In this document: positions 23,411-35,557 of the stretch, piece by piece
How the letters are laid out: every line of letters starts with the position of its first letter
How positions within the stretch are numbered: the stretch's first letter is position 1
From: Macrostomum lignano
Lineage: Eukaryota
Reading direction: 5' to 3'
Assembly (NCBI GenBank): GCA_002269645.1
Contig: NIVC01003754.1
Coordinates: 14,804 to 78,803 of the forward strand
Length of the DNA: 64,000 nt
The notes under the pieces: model-generated
Database searches by the model: none
What the model saw: only the letters and a program-made list of their open reading frames with translations
What the model was told of the DNA's origin: nothing
Position numbers and translations under genes: made by a program

Positions 23411-25318
23411 TCACTCCATGCAAGGAATTACTAAATACTCACAATCACATAAAATAAGAATGGCTTTTCTCTTGGGTTGAGCATTAGATACATAGGACAT
23501 GGAAAGTTGGTAGAATCCAATGCCTATTGACTCAGAAGGATAAGGATAAGAATAGAGTGACCGACTAAAAGTTAGACGCCGACCAGAAATTAGGCCATCT
23601 TTCTCCCGTGAAATAATAATTACTTCATCATTATTTATAATAGCACAATTGTCTGGGCTTTTATTAGAAAATATAAGATTAGCAAGTTTATCATTGGAAT
23701 ACAAGAAACGCATATTAATCAACTGATTGACAGACTGAGTAAATATATTATTATTAGCCCTAATACGTTTTTTAATTAGCTGTAGATAATTCTCAAAAGG
23801 AAATGCAGAAAAGTTATCAACTGGACCATATATTTTAACAAACTCTGGAAGATGTAGAAGTGCATGGAAGTTGTAAGACAATACATTAGCATAATATAGC
23901 CTTGGTGAATCCTGTACAAATTTTTTCAAACATGCTTCAGCTGCATGGAGATAATTCTTGTATGTTGTAGAGCTCAGTACATACATGGACCAGTGAAGCA
24001 GCATGAAGTGATTATAATATTGTATTGGTAGAATATCAACAAGAAGAAAAGGACCTAGATAAAGCAAAAATTGACGATACTCAGTAGCCTTGAAATGTTC
24101 AATATTTGATAGCTCGCGAAGCTTCCGCTGAAAGTTTGAAGGGATAAAAGGTTGGACTAACCTAACTTTCCCATTTAACATATTTTTAAGATGGCTAGAA
24201 AGTTTGCATGGTAGGCGAATATGCTTTGCACCAAAAAAGTAGAATTTGAGTAGCTTGCGACATACTCCAAGACAGACAATATGCATATAGTCAGGTGTAA
24301 AATTTGAATACATAGGTACAATACCTGCAAGTGGTGAAAGGCTATGTTGATTGTTCTCCCTATTGCTTTTATAATCCTCATTAGTTCTCTGTTCAGCAAT
24401 ACTACTTGAAAAACAAATCCTATCTCCTATATATTTGCCAACTTGCCGACACCAGCTACACCCAAAATAACTTGAATGACCCTTTAGACATTGGATAAAA
24501 TTCCTTGCAGGTGTGTCACAGATAAATATAATATTTTTTAATTTTATTACTACCTCACCATAGTTAAAGTTAAATTTTATTAGACTATTTGCTTCTGTGC
24601 AAAAGTTATTAATGAAAGAAAGCAAGTCTGGTTTTCCTATACCACAAAATAGACCCAAAGGCACAGGTCGAAAGCAATCATTTACAATCATTAAGATAGG
24701 CCAAAGACCAATACGAGATGATTTAAAAAGAGGAAGACCATCTATATTTATCCTTAATGAAACAAAAAACTCCTTGGCACCTTGTGGGATAGCCAAAACC
24801 TTGGAATCAAAAAGAAATTGTAAATTGTCAGAAATAGACAAGAAAGCAAGTTTTCCATTATTGATGTTTAGCTTTTCAATCTCAGCCTTTGGAAAAAACT
24901 TTCTTAGCATATAGACAGACTTTGGCATTCCAGGATGGAAGTTAGCCAACAGTTTAAGCAAATGGTTCATAGCCGATGTTGTGATATTAAAAGTTAAGTA
25001 GAACATTAGCAATTCTTGGACCAATTTAGCTGTGTCTAAATTGCTTTCTGGTTGCCCTTGAGGTTCCTGAATATCCTCCAATGGTTCTTCAAATAAAAGT
25101 TGCATTTCAAGATTAAAATCATTCAAAAGCTCATGACAATCAAAATATTCCGCATTTTCAATATCCACTTCTTGGCTAACAATATCCTCAATGTTACTAG
25201 GCCCAGTATCTTCATAATCATGGGCGTGGACATGGCTATGATTTTCCAAGGATGGAATATCCTTCAGTATTTTTTCTATCTCTTTAGTTACATTTCTACT
25301 AGAATTTCTTTTTGACAT
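23411..25318 (-). CDS. CACTA/EnSpm transposase (Transposase_21/TnpD-like), 635 aa, single exon
   Basis: Motifs INIDGLPLFKSS..LWPIL, IFICDTPARNF...GHSSYFGCSWC, PDYMHIVCLG, FKATEYRQFLLY, YNFHALLHL...GPVDNFSAFPFENYL. Putative D/D/E residues present; ORF uninterrupted. Confidence 0.93.
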   Translation of the reverse strand: MSKRNSSRNVTKEIEKILKDIPSLENHSHVHAHDYEDTGPSNIEDIVSQEVDIENAEYFDCHELLNDFNLEMQLLFEEPLEDIQEPQGQPESNLDTAKLVQELLMFYLTFNITTSAMNHLLKLLANFHPGMPKSVYMLRKFFPKAEIEKLNINNGKLAFLSISDNLQFLFDSKVLAIPQGAKEFFVSLRINIDGLPLFKSSRIGLWPILMIVNDCFRPVPLGLFCGIGKPDLLSFINNFCTEANSLIKFNFNYGEVVIKLKNIIFICDTPARNFIQCLKGHSSYFGCSWCRQVGKYIGDRICFSSSIAEQRTNEDYKSNRENNQHSLSPLAGIVPMYSNFTPDYMHIVCLGVCRKLLKFYFFGAKHIRLPCKLSSHLKNMLNGKVRLVQPFIPSNFQRKLRELSNIEHFKATEYRQFLLYLGPFLLVDILPIQYYNHFMLLHWSMYVLSSTTYKNYLHAAEACLKKFVQDSPRLYYANVLSYNFHALLHLPEFVKIYGPVDNFSAFPFENYLQLIKKRIRANNNIFTQSVNQLINMRFLYSNDKLANLIFSNKSPDNCAIINNDEVIIISREKDGLISGRRLTFSRSLYSYPYPSESIGIGFYQLSMSYVSNAQPKRKAILILCDCEYLVIPCME

Positions 25319-26809
25319 TTTGACAATCTTATAAATATGTCAAAGTTTTAAAATTTATATTAAACTAAATTTAGACTAGGCCTAAATTATCTTAAATTTA
25401 AGTTTAATTGAAGTTTTGGACAGTAAATGTAATGTTAAATATGATATAAATAGCTATTTACTTTATAGACTATAGTCAAGTCAATAATACTTATTCACTA
25501 TAAAAAACAAGTTAATAATTTTTATGATTAATTATATTGCCTTAACCTAATAAAGACAAGTCACAATTGCTAAAAACTAAATTTAATCAAAAAACTATAC
25601 TTGCAGTGGTATAAAAAACTTTGTTTTGCTTATAGATACACTAATGAATGAACCAAATGAACCAATGTCAAGCTCAAATGATTGTCTATTGATAACTATA
25701 TATGATAATATTGAGTAATGACTCAATGAGTAATAATATGAATAATGAGTAATATGAATCTTAAAAAGAATTTTGGCTAGGCCCTATATTTTTTCTATTT
25801 AAAGTCTTCCTTCAAAGTTTAAAATAGGCAGTTGAACATGTGATATAATGGAAGCAAGGTTGTAACTTGTAAGTAGTTGTTTGTAGGTGAAAAATGAAAG
25901 CCAAATAGTTTTTAAGACAATTATCAAGAAAAAATAAAGGTAATTTGAGAAATACAGTGTAAACCTAACTTATATAATTATAAATATAAGTATAGCAGTA
26001 GTTATGTAGGAATATAAAAAAATTGCAATAGGCAAAGCAATGAGAGTAATTTAAATTTAGGTTGTGGCCTTGTGGGTGAAGGCTCTGCTTTCAATCACTA
26101 GATTTAGTCAAAATTAAATTACAAAGGCTAGTGGCTAGGGCTAGTGCAGAGGCGCGGTTTTGAGCAAGAGAGGTTGTAAAATAAATCGGTTTTTAAAATA
26201 CTTCGGTATAAAATGGATGAGCCAGCGCATTCTAGTGGCGTAAAAACAAAAACTAAGTTATACTAATAATGTATTTTCCCATAAAAGTATATTTTCGCAC
26301 TTGTAGTTAATGCATATATACAGCAGTACACGTTTAGTACAGCACATGCTTTTTGAATATGGCTGTATCGGAAAGCCAAAGGAAAAATGGGTACAAAATC
26401 CGATCGGAAGAGTTACGAACCATTTCCGACTAATTTCCGATGAGCAATTGTAGCTCAAAAAATATTTTCTTGAATTGCTGATGTTATTTATCATAGTAAC
26501 GTAATTATTTAAAACAAAATAATGTGTTTAATCCACTTTCCGACAAATTCCGAATACCGATTAAATTACGATCAGATTCCGATCGAATTCCGACTACCCT
26601 TTTTTACTGGGTATCTAAATGTAAAGTTTCAACTCTGTAACTCAACCGAAAAAAGAAACTGTAAGCATGTGAAGTTTGTCTGCTTTTTCTGTTGTTTGTG
26701 CCACTCACTCACTCATTCCCCCAGAGCGAGACGAAGGGTCAGGCGATAGGACTGAATGTACATAGCAAATGTACAGTGTTTTGGAATAACTTTATTTATA
26801 GCCTTCTCT

Positions 26810-27660
26810 GCACCCCGAGAGTGGAGAGGCGTGGAGAGGAGAGAGTATAGAAGAGAGAAGTGAAGAGACAAGAAGAAAGAAGAAAGGATCGAGTCCTCCT
26901 GAGTCAAAAAAGGGGAAAGAGAGGAGTACAAGTGGAGAGAGGTGAGAGAACATATGAGAGTAAAGATGACAGAACAGAGAGGGGAGATGAGAGATCAGAA
27001 CAGACGAGAGATGGGAGAGTAGAGAGAAAAGAGGAGAGATAAGAAATAAGAGATGAGAGGTGCAGACAAGGGAGAGATGAGAAGTGAGTGAGGAGAGAGG
27101 AGGGGAATTGGGAGAGAATCGAGAGGACAGGGGAAATTGGTGAAAAGGACGAGAGAGGAGAGGAAAGAGGGGAGAGATTAGAGAGAAGAGAGATAGGACA
27201 GGAGATAGCAGAGAGATGAGAGGAGAGAGGGGGGAGAGGAGAGAGAAGATAAAAGAAGAAAAATGAGAGATAAGATAGCAAAGACGAGAGAGAAGGGAGG
27301 TGAGGGATAGAAGACATGAGAGGAGAGAGTTGAGAGAAGAGAGGAAAAAGGAGAGAGTAGAGATAAGGAAAAAGTTAAGAGAGGGTATAGTAAGGAGTGA
27401 GAAGAGAGGTGAGGGAAGAGAGAGCAGAGAGCAGAGGGAAACAAGAAGAGATAAAAGAGGAGAAAGGAGATATGAGAGACCAGAGACCAGAGAGAAAAGA
27501 GGAGAAGAGAGAGAAAAGAATAGAGGGAGATGGAAGAGACGAGAGAAGACGAGAGAGGAGAGAGGACAGAGGAGAGAAGAAAGAAGAGATAAGAGGAGAG
27601 AGAGAAGAGACAAGAGAGAAGATAGGAAACAGAAAAGAAGATGGAAGTTTCAAAGGATGC
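26810..27660. repeat. GA-rich (polypurine) low-complexity tract
   Basis: Directly visible. Source of the R/E-rich and S/L/F-rich ORFs in the track. Confidence 0.9.
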
Positions 27661-28227
27661 AAAGGACATAGGGAGAGGCAGAGGTAGAGGCCAGAGTTTG
27701 CCTGACATTCTGCGCAGCACCCCAGCCAACAATAGCAATGTTTGCCTCAAATCCTAATTTTACATGAATGTACACTATTTAACTCTAATCCTAACTATTA
27801 ACAAGTTTTTGTTTGAGTTTGACCTCAGATTTTAGAATACATGCAAAAAAATCCAGGGAATGGAGTTCCCCGGGTTCAAAATCCGCGGGTTTCAACAGCT
27901 TGTTGTTTATAAACGGAAAAAAATAACGAGTCAAATTAAGTCAAAAACTACAACAAATACCACAAACATTAGAAAATGTAATCGCTAAATTTAAGTAAAA
28001 ATGTTTTGTTTTGGTTCATGAAACTAGCAAAATTAAAATAAATGGCTAGTCCAGATAAAAAACCTTCAAACTGTTTTAAAATAGCGCGTGAGTTCAGAAG
28101 TTTTCGTGTGTTCAAAATTCAATTATTGCTTAATTTATGAACATCATTCGGCTAGGCCCCTTAAACAACATTTTCAGCGTTTCCAATGCTAGGGTTTAGA
28201 GCGTACAAATCTTTAAAAAGTTCAAAG

Positions 28228-28320
28228 CATACATGCGCAACTGCTGGCCGACCTGGCCGTGGCCGATCCGGCCACTATAAATTGTGGTAGACCAGGGGTA
28301 AGTCGCAAAAATGCCCACCG
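28228..28320. mobile_element. Solo end of the 2745-5274 hAT family
   Basis: CATACATGCGCAACTGCTGGCCGACCTGGCC..., partner end not found. Confidence 0.75.
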
Positions 28321-28599
28321 CCGTTTAAATCAAATTGCATTGATTTCGCTTTAGTGTTTCCCTTATAGGTAGGGTAAGTTGCATTTTTGTTCAAAAAAAA
28401 GTTGCATAGCCAATGTAAATCAATTGGCATTCCTTCGCGGTTTACGATCATTGAAATTAGTGACAATCCCCATTGGAGAGACAGGGAAGATACAAAAGTG
28501 TTGTTTATTTCTTCAACTTGCAAAACAGTAGACAAGCACTGCAATCCTTTTTATTTATACATCATAACACAAGTAGCACGCATGTTTGAATAAAAAAGA

Positions 28600-30015
28600 A
28601 GGTGGATTTTTAGTGATCCATTTCACCGCTTCAAGAATCCAAAGACGATCCTATATATCCACTTTGGTTTAGGCAGTGCTTATCCCCACGGTACCGTAGG
28701 AATAATTTCTGTCTTATTCCAACGGTACCGTGGGGATAATTTTCAGCTTATCCGCACGGCACATTGACGAGATAGCTGCCCCATCTTCTACATATGCTGT
28801 GGGAATAATTTTCTGCTTATCCGCACGGTTGAATTGTTGAAGCAATGCAATAATCTATACAAACAAATTGAGAATTTACATGTCTAGTAAGAAGTCTACA
28901 GAAGCAGCGGCAATGGACTTTTCGGGGATGTCGGGATTAGACTAGTTGCTAAAAGTTCTTAAATTGTAAACAATTACTAGAGCAATTCATCTTAAATCAT
29001 ACGTCATAAATACAAAAAAGTGTTTTTTGCGTAAAAAGGCTATTAAATCTTTACTTCTATCAAAATAATAGCCAAGCAAAGTTATGTTGTTATATTGCAC
29101 TCAAACCGTAAGTACTAAACTAAATTATGAACCCACGGCATATGTAGAAGATGGGCAGCTATCTCGTCAGTGTGCCGTGCGGATAAGCAGAAAATTATCC
29201 CCACGGTACCGTTGGAGTAAGACAGAAATTATTCCTATGGTACCGTGGGGATAAGCACTGCCTTTGGTTTATGATCATTTAAATGGGAGTAATACATATA
29301 AATGATCATGAACCAAAGCTAGCCATGTATTGAGATAGCTACAAGCTTTATCTGAAATCAAGCCCTATCTCGATACATGGCTAGCTTTGGTTCACGATCA
29401 TTTACATGTATTACTCCCATTTAAATGATTGTAAACCAAAGCTGAGGGGGGGTGCCAGCGTGCAGAGAATAATAAAGTGTCAAGTTACTTAGCAGTGCAC
29501 ATTAACTCAAGACATTTTAATCGCCAACAAGTCCCACCAGTTAAACTAATAACTATGATATACATGTCTTCAACACCCTCCCCTCAGCTTCGGTTCACAA
29601 TCATTTATATGCATTGCTTCCATTTAAATGATTGTAAACCAAAGTGGATATATAGGATCCCACGTCTTCTTGGATTCATTTTTGGAAATTGAAATCATGC
29701 ACTAACCCTCTCAACTAGCTATCTCAATACATGGCTAGCTTTGGCTCACAATCATTTACATGTATTGTTTCCATTTAAATGATCGTAAACCGAAGTAGAT
29801 ATATAGGATCCTTGTCATTGCCATCGCAATGCCATGAAAGTAACCATTTGTTGGCTATTCTGTTCAGTTTTTCTAATAGGCCTATGTAACATATAAGCTT
29901 AGTTAGTTTAACAATTTTGTTTATTTCAAGTAAGCTACAATCATTTATATGGAAAATTACATGGGGATGGGGATCGTGAACCGAAATGTACGTGGAAAAA
30001 TGATCATAAACCAAA
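28600..30015. repeat. Complex palindromic/foldback repeat
   Basis: Repeated direct and inverted copies of TTTGGTT(C/T)A(C/T)(A/G)ATCATTTA...ATTTAAATGAT..TAAACCAAAG blocks, e.g. arms ~29264-29340 and ~29366-29440. Confidence 0.7.
28672..29262. mobile_element. Mutator-like MITE, 591 bp
   Basis: ~125-bp TIRs starting GGCAGTGCTTATCCCCACGGTACC. Perfect 9-bp TSD TTTGGTTTA (28663-28671, 29263-29271). Empty site in the inverted copy at 29635-29643. Confidence 0.85.
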
Positions 30016-32565
30016 GGAATGCCAATCAATTAAGGGGTTGCCTGTATGGTTCAAAGCCAAAATATTTAAAAATTGGACCTGGGACAAGACATAGGCCTAA
30101 CAAGCAAGGGGACTATTATGTATAGGCCTACTTAAGCTCATAAGGTGGAGTCCCTATTGTCCCCTTGCTTCATTGCTTATTCTTTTCTATCAATCTAAAG
30201 TCTAATTTATGTAATCTTTTTTGCCAAATCTAGCTTCCTGGTGTCACTATGAACATAATGAATTATCATTTGACATTTGTATAATATAGGTTAATTCAGG
30301 CTCAACTTTTTAAAGCTTAAGTTGATACAATTGATAAGCCTAGGCCTTTTCTTATCTGTATCCTATGTAGGCAATGACAGTGCCTATTTGTCCGGTATTG
30401 CCATATCGGATGAATAAATTTAACTATTATTTGTCCAGTACCAGATATAAAAGTAATCATAATTTTTTATGATTAGATGGTGCTATTTCTCAGAAATTCT
30501 AGAACTTTGGGCAAAAAATACTTGGGCATAGTCTACACCTCATTGCCTGATCTAGCAGTTTTGTATAACTTTTACCTTTATTATATTTCATTCTATACAT
30601 ATCTGTATGTTTTGGTTTCACAGTAAACAGTAGTCATCGTACAATCAAAATTAATAATGACATTTGTTGCTTTATAACACAAATGTTAAAGTAAGGACTT
30701 TGAGTTATTACAATAACAATTGGAGTTCTTACAATAAAAAAGTGGAATCATCACTACAGATTTGAACTCAGTATTGACTGATCATCAAGAAGACACTCTA
30801 ACATCACGCTAGTGTATTTTGCTAGAAAAGATGCGTAGAGTGGCATATAAATTCATGCAGCCCAGCTGGTATCAAACAAAAAACTTCATTATTATTTATC
30901 CGGTACCAGACAAATAATATTACTTTTATTTATCCAGTACCAGACAAACAGTCATTGCCATATTGGCATATAAAAACCTAGAATAAAACAAAACATCATA
31001 AACAAAAACTGTTTGTTCAAACTGACATAATACAGCTATGCTTAGGACCTATATTTTTTTCACTTTAATTCTTTGTTTTATTAAAACTAGTCTTTGAGCC
31101 CTTAAAAATGGCTATTTGGCCTCTGCTCTAAAATGCCAATTATAGAATAATTAGAACAATTAGAATAACTATAGTCTATAACTTGCATAATTGAGTGACA
31201 AACAATAATAAATTTATATTATAACTTATATTTTTTATATATATCAAAGACAATTTTGGTTATAGATAGTCAAGTTTAAATGTTTTTAACTATAAACACT
31301 ATGATGTTTTAAATTGTTTTAATTGAAGTCCTATTATTTTCTTTTTAAAAATACCTCATAATATAAATTAAAAATGGTAAGCCTATAAAGTATAATAAAG
31401 ACAATTAAAGTATTATATTGCAAAAGACGTATGATAACAAGCAGTGTAGGCCTAATGTCAATCAAATCAGAGATAAAAAGTATCTTTATTATTCTAGCAA
31501 AATTTTTGTTGCTTAACATAGACATAACATAGACTTAACATAAATAGAAAACAAAGGAAAGCCCTAGGATTTTTTTACTCTATTGGTCTTGGTCATTGGT
31601 GATAATAGTTAAGATCCTAGTCAAACTCAAATTGTCAATTGGCATTTTGTCAATTAGGAAGCCATTGCCTCCTCAATATTGAGCCTAGGGAGAGATTTTA
31701 AATCAATATAGCCCTATTAGAATCACTATAGTCTATATATAATATAACTATATAATATCAATTTGAAAATATTTTATATTTTATTTAAAATTGATAGCAT
31801 AGGCCTATTATTATGTTTATTGCCCTGCACCTAAGTCACAATCATATCAATTATTTATTATGAAATAAGAATATTATTTTATTATAATTTTATCAGCAGT
31901 TAATTACATGTATTCAACTGATCAATAATTAAAGTATAAGTTTTCATTCTTAATCATTAGAAAAGTAATGACACAATGGCACTAATTTTAAAATTCTTCT
32001 GTTTGAAAGGTGCAATCTGCCTTTTTGCATTAAAGTTCCATTGGTCAAGAAGGCTTTTTCTAATAAGTTTATCTGTTAAGTAATTTAAAAAACTAAAATG
32101 AAAATTCTTACAAGACTTTGTTTTCACTTGGGTTTAAAAAGATGCCATGCAATGCAAGGCAATAAACAAATTAATGAATTAATTTGGTGTTAGTCATTGC
32201 ACTATTGTCGGTGGTTTCATTTACTCTTGCATTTACCTTGGGTTATTGTCTGCCACTAAGCAGTCCCCTTCTCTTTGGTCAGCCTATTCTCCTGTCTTCT
32301 CCTTTTTCTCTGGGCTTTTGTTTGTAGCCACAGGCATCTTTGTTATGGTATGCTTTTGGTTCACTCCATTTCTAAGGTCATGGCTAGTGGCCTATTTAGT
32401 AGTAGTAGTTCCTTTATTATGTGAGCTAATCATATGGTAAGCCTTGTTTTCTTGGAGCCCAAAGTGCAGTAAACATGTTTACTGCATTTGTTGGCCTATG
32501 TTTATAGGGGAATCTTGTGTCCTAAGACCTTTGCCTTCTCTAAGTTTTTAAGGTGGGGGATGAAA

Positions 32566-32700
32566 TCCATATACTAAAAATCTAGTATACTAAACATGAA
32601 AAATTTCTTAGTTGCTTGCTTGCTTGTATGTAGTCAATTATTTCCCAAATAGCTCAACCAATTTTTTGCAATTTCTTCACTATAAGATATCAAATATGCC
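32566..32700 (+). mobile_element. Helitron-like 5' end related to that at 58355
   Basis: A|TCCATATACTAAAAAT...CATGAAAA...(TTGC)n...GCTCAACCAATTTT versus TCCTATATACTAAAAATGAAAATC(TTGC)n...GCTTAACCGATTTT. 3' end not found. Confidence 0.5.
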
Positions 32701-32769
32701 TAAAACAATAATGTTATATCAAATAATACTTAAAATACCACTAATTGACAAAAATGTTGTCAACTATAG

Positions 32770-33475
32770 GGTAGAAAGGCTAGAGGCAAACTTAAGAGGG
32801 CAGAGAGGCAGACTCAAGGTGACAGAAAGGCAGACTCAAGAGGGCAGAGAGGTGAACTCAAGAGGGCAGAGACAGAGAGACAGACTCAAAGGAGCAAAGA
32901 GGTAGACAAGGAGGCAAAGAAGCAGACTCAAGGGGGCAGAGAGGGAGACTCAAGGGGATAAAGAGGCAGATTCAAGGGGGCAGAGAGGCAGACTCAAGGG
33001 GGCAGAAAGGCAGACTCAAGAGGGCAGAAAGGTGGACTCAAGAGGGCAGAGATAGAAAGACAGACTCAAGGGGGGCAGAGAGGTAGACAAGGGGCAAAGA
33101 GGTAGACAAGGGGGCAAAAAAGCAGACTCAAGGGGGCACAGAGGGAGACTCAAGGGGGCAGAGGCAGACTTAAGGGGGCAGAAAGGCAGACTCAAGAGGG
33201 CAGAGAGGTAGATTCAAAGGGCAGAGACAAAGAGACAGACTCAAGGGGGCAGAGAGGTAGACAAGGGGGCAAAGAAGCAGGCTCAAGGGGGCAGAAAGGG
33301 AGACTCAAGGGGATAAAGAGGCAGATTCAAGGGGGCAGAGAGGCAGACTTAAGGGGGCAGAGAGGCAGACTCAAGGGGGCAGAGAGGCAGACTCAAGGGG
33401 GCAGAGAGGCAGACTCAAGGGGGCAGAGAGGCAGACTCAAGGAGGCAGAGAGGCAGACTCAAGGGGGCAGAGAGA
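32770..33475. repeat. 22-bp tandem repeat (GGGGGCAGAGAGGCAGACTCAA), ~30 copies
   Basis: Directly visible; most homogeneous at the 3' end. Confidence 0.92.
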
Positions 33476-35191
33476 TGCAATGTAAATGATGGGTTTTCTA
33501 TAAAAAAAACTTTCAATAAACTCAATCTAAGAGTTGCTAAGACTAAGACTTTGTCTATCTTATTCATGTTGTCAATTGTCATTAACTCTATCAAACTTAA
33601 AAAATTTAAGTGAATTGTTTGAAGCTGTAAAAGTTTGCATAATCAGGTTATTCACAAAACTGATAATATTATTATTTGTTAGTTAGACAGTCATGACATT
33701 AAGAAAAATAACATGCTTTAGCAACAGATCATCATTAAAAGTAAGACAAATCTATGACAGTCATTTATATGCTTATTTAGTTCTTTTAAAAATTTGACAC
33801 ACAAACTAGTTTTTAGAAAAGAATGTTTTCAAACTAGTTAACTGGTTCTCAAAAAGGAATAATTTTTGCATCTTTACCCTTTACCATTGTTTCTATCAAG
33901 GGTTTCTCCAATTTCCAAACTTGTCATTATTGTTCTCTAAGCCTCTAAGTCTTCCATGTTAGTTCCAGTTGCCTTTTTAAGCTATTTATAATTTGCCTGA
34001 CTAAACTCAGATGCCTAAGCCTAAATGAGGCTAACACAACCATCCATTGCGCCTGGTAAGATCTGTTGACTATGTAGAATGCCTTGCTTATTAATCTGCA
34101 AATCTGCAGAGTGCTGAGTTTGTTGACTTGTTTATTTCATTCCTATAGGAGGCTTATCAAAGGCCAAGGCCTAAAGGAACTGTTAGCAGCACTACCTATG
34201 CTACTAAGAAGGCTTCTAGAGTTCTGATCAGATAGGATAGAGAGCCACTAAACCACTGTTAGACTGGTGGAGAAGCACAGGTACATACTAGTTTTGGGCC
34301 CAATTATGTTTATTTTACATCAGATTTACAATAGTGTTTATTAAAAAAACTAAAATTTGTTTGTTATACAAAATGTTTGTCTATATTCTAATCCCAGGAT
34401 TGCAATCCCTTCCATAGGGTAAATTGGGCATTCAAATTTGAAAATGAAAATATGCATGATCCATTTGAAGGCTTAGTGGAAAGGCAAGAATTGCCTTTTT
34501 GTGAAAAAAAAAGATTGCAGGCACACAGTTTTAGCAGCTTGTGCTGCACTTACTCAGCCTCCACTGAAGCCCATTGGCTAGATTCATTGGTATATATTTT
34601 ATTAGCTAAAGACTTTTAAAACCTTAATAATAAAATTGATATATATTGTTAGGATTTTATATAGAAATTTCCCAGAATCCTGCTAGGTCTAGATCTCTAA
34701 TTTAAATAGCAATGAAGTATAATACACTTATTAATATTTGTGATTTACTGAATCTTATAGCATTGTATAGAATGCCCAATGTAAAAAAAGATGGCCATAT
34801 AGGATTTTTTCACCATTAGTAATAATTTCTTGTCTACAATCTTTTATTTTATGATTTTTCAGTAAATTTTCAAGTATTTAAGTTCAAACACCTAAGATAT
34901 TGTGAAAAAATGTAAGCTTGTCCATGCAAGGTGTTACAATTTTTGTATGATTATCAAAAATCCAAAAAAACTTATGAAAAATTTTAATTCTGATTTTGAT
35001 TCTAAAGTAACAGAAGATTAATTGGCCATTGACTGCAATCATAAGCTGGTAGTAGTCCAGGAGTAGATCCACCTAGTCTTGGAGAGCACTTTGGGAGATT
35101 CTCAAAAACAATTGCAATGTCTTCACAAATGCCTTCAACATTGTCTTCAGTGTTTTTAACCTCTTGACAGCCATTGAAAGTCATGCCCCAG

Positions 35192-35557
35192 CATGTGTCA
35201 GAAAGGTGGTGGGCCAGTGAGGCCATGCCCCCCCCCACTTGGGGGGCACACATAGTACCTGCCCCCGCTTTTTAGCAACTTTTGATATATTTTTCTCCAA
35301 AAGGAGTGCTAAAATTGTTATAATTATCTGATCAATATAAATATTTTCTACTTTATGAGAGGTGGAGACTAAAATATGGATTGGATCAGGTCAGATTCAG
35401 GATCTGAAATCTGTAAGATCAGCCATTAATTGATTATATCTAATGAGTAATGATCATATGCATCAGAATGGGAGGCATGACCCCCCACTTTTAAAGTGTG
35501 GGAGGGATTAATGGTGCCTGACCCCCCCCCACTTTTTTAAATGTTCCGACGCCTATG
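35192..35557. mobile_element. Degenerate hAT-like MITE
   Basis: Right end GTTCCGACGCCTATG, decayed left end CATGTGTCAGAA. Imperfect TSD TGCCCCAG / TGCCCAG. Confidence 0.4.

Larger units (their letters stand above)
19883..26611 (-). mobile_element. Full-length CACTA/EnSpm (CMC) DNA transposon, 6729 bp
   Basis: Perfect 25-bp TIR CCCAGTAAAAAAGGGTAGTCGGAAT (35/36 when extended). 2-bp TSD TA (19881-19882, 26612-26613). TCGGAAT-type subterminal repeats at both ends. Two intact genes; empty site at 52859-52860. Confidence 0.95.
19343..26830 (+). mobile_element. Non-autonomous Helitron-like repeat interrupted by the CACTA element (3' end not located)
   Basis: A|TC start plus microsatellite as at 13486. 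Segments 19620-19882 and 26614-26830 are colinear with the uninterrupted copy at ~52606-53076. Confidence 0.6.

Noticed and set aside
26713-27750. Overlapping R/E-rich and S/L-rich ORFs up to 273 aa
   Set aside because: By-products of the polypurine tract, which lacks stop codons; no domain content.
30370-30959. Possible MITE with GGCAATGAC termini and an internal degenerate tRNA-like stretch (~30760-30815)
   Set aside because: Short imperfect TIR and no TSD.
34030-34580. Exon-like GT-AG-bounded segments on +
   Set aside because: The main segment has stops in all three frames and no recognisable product.
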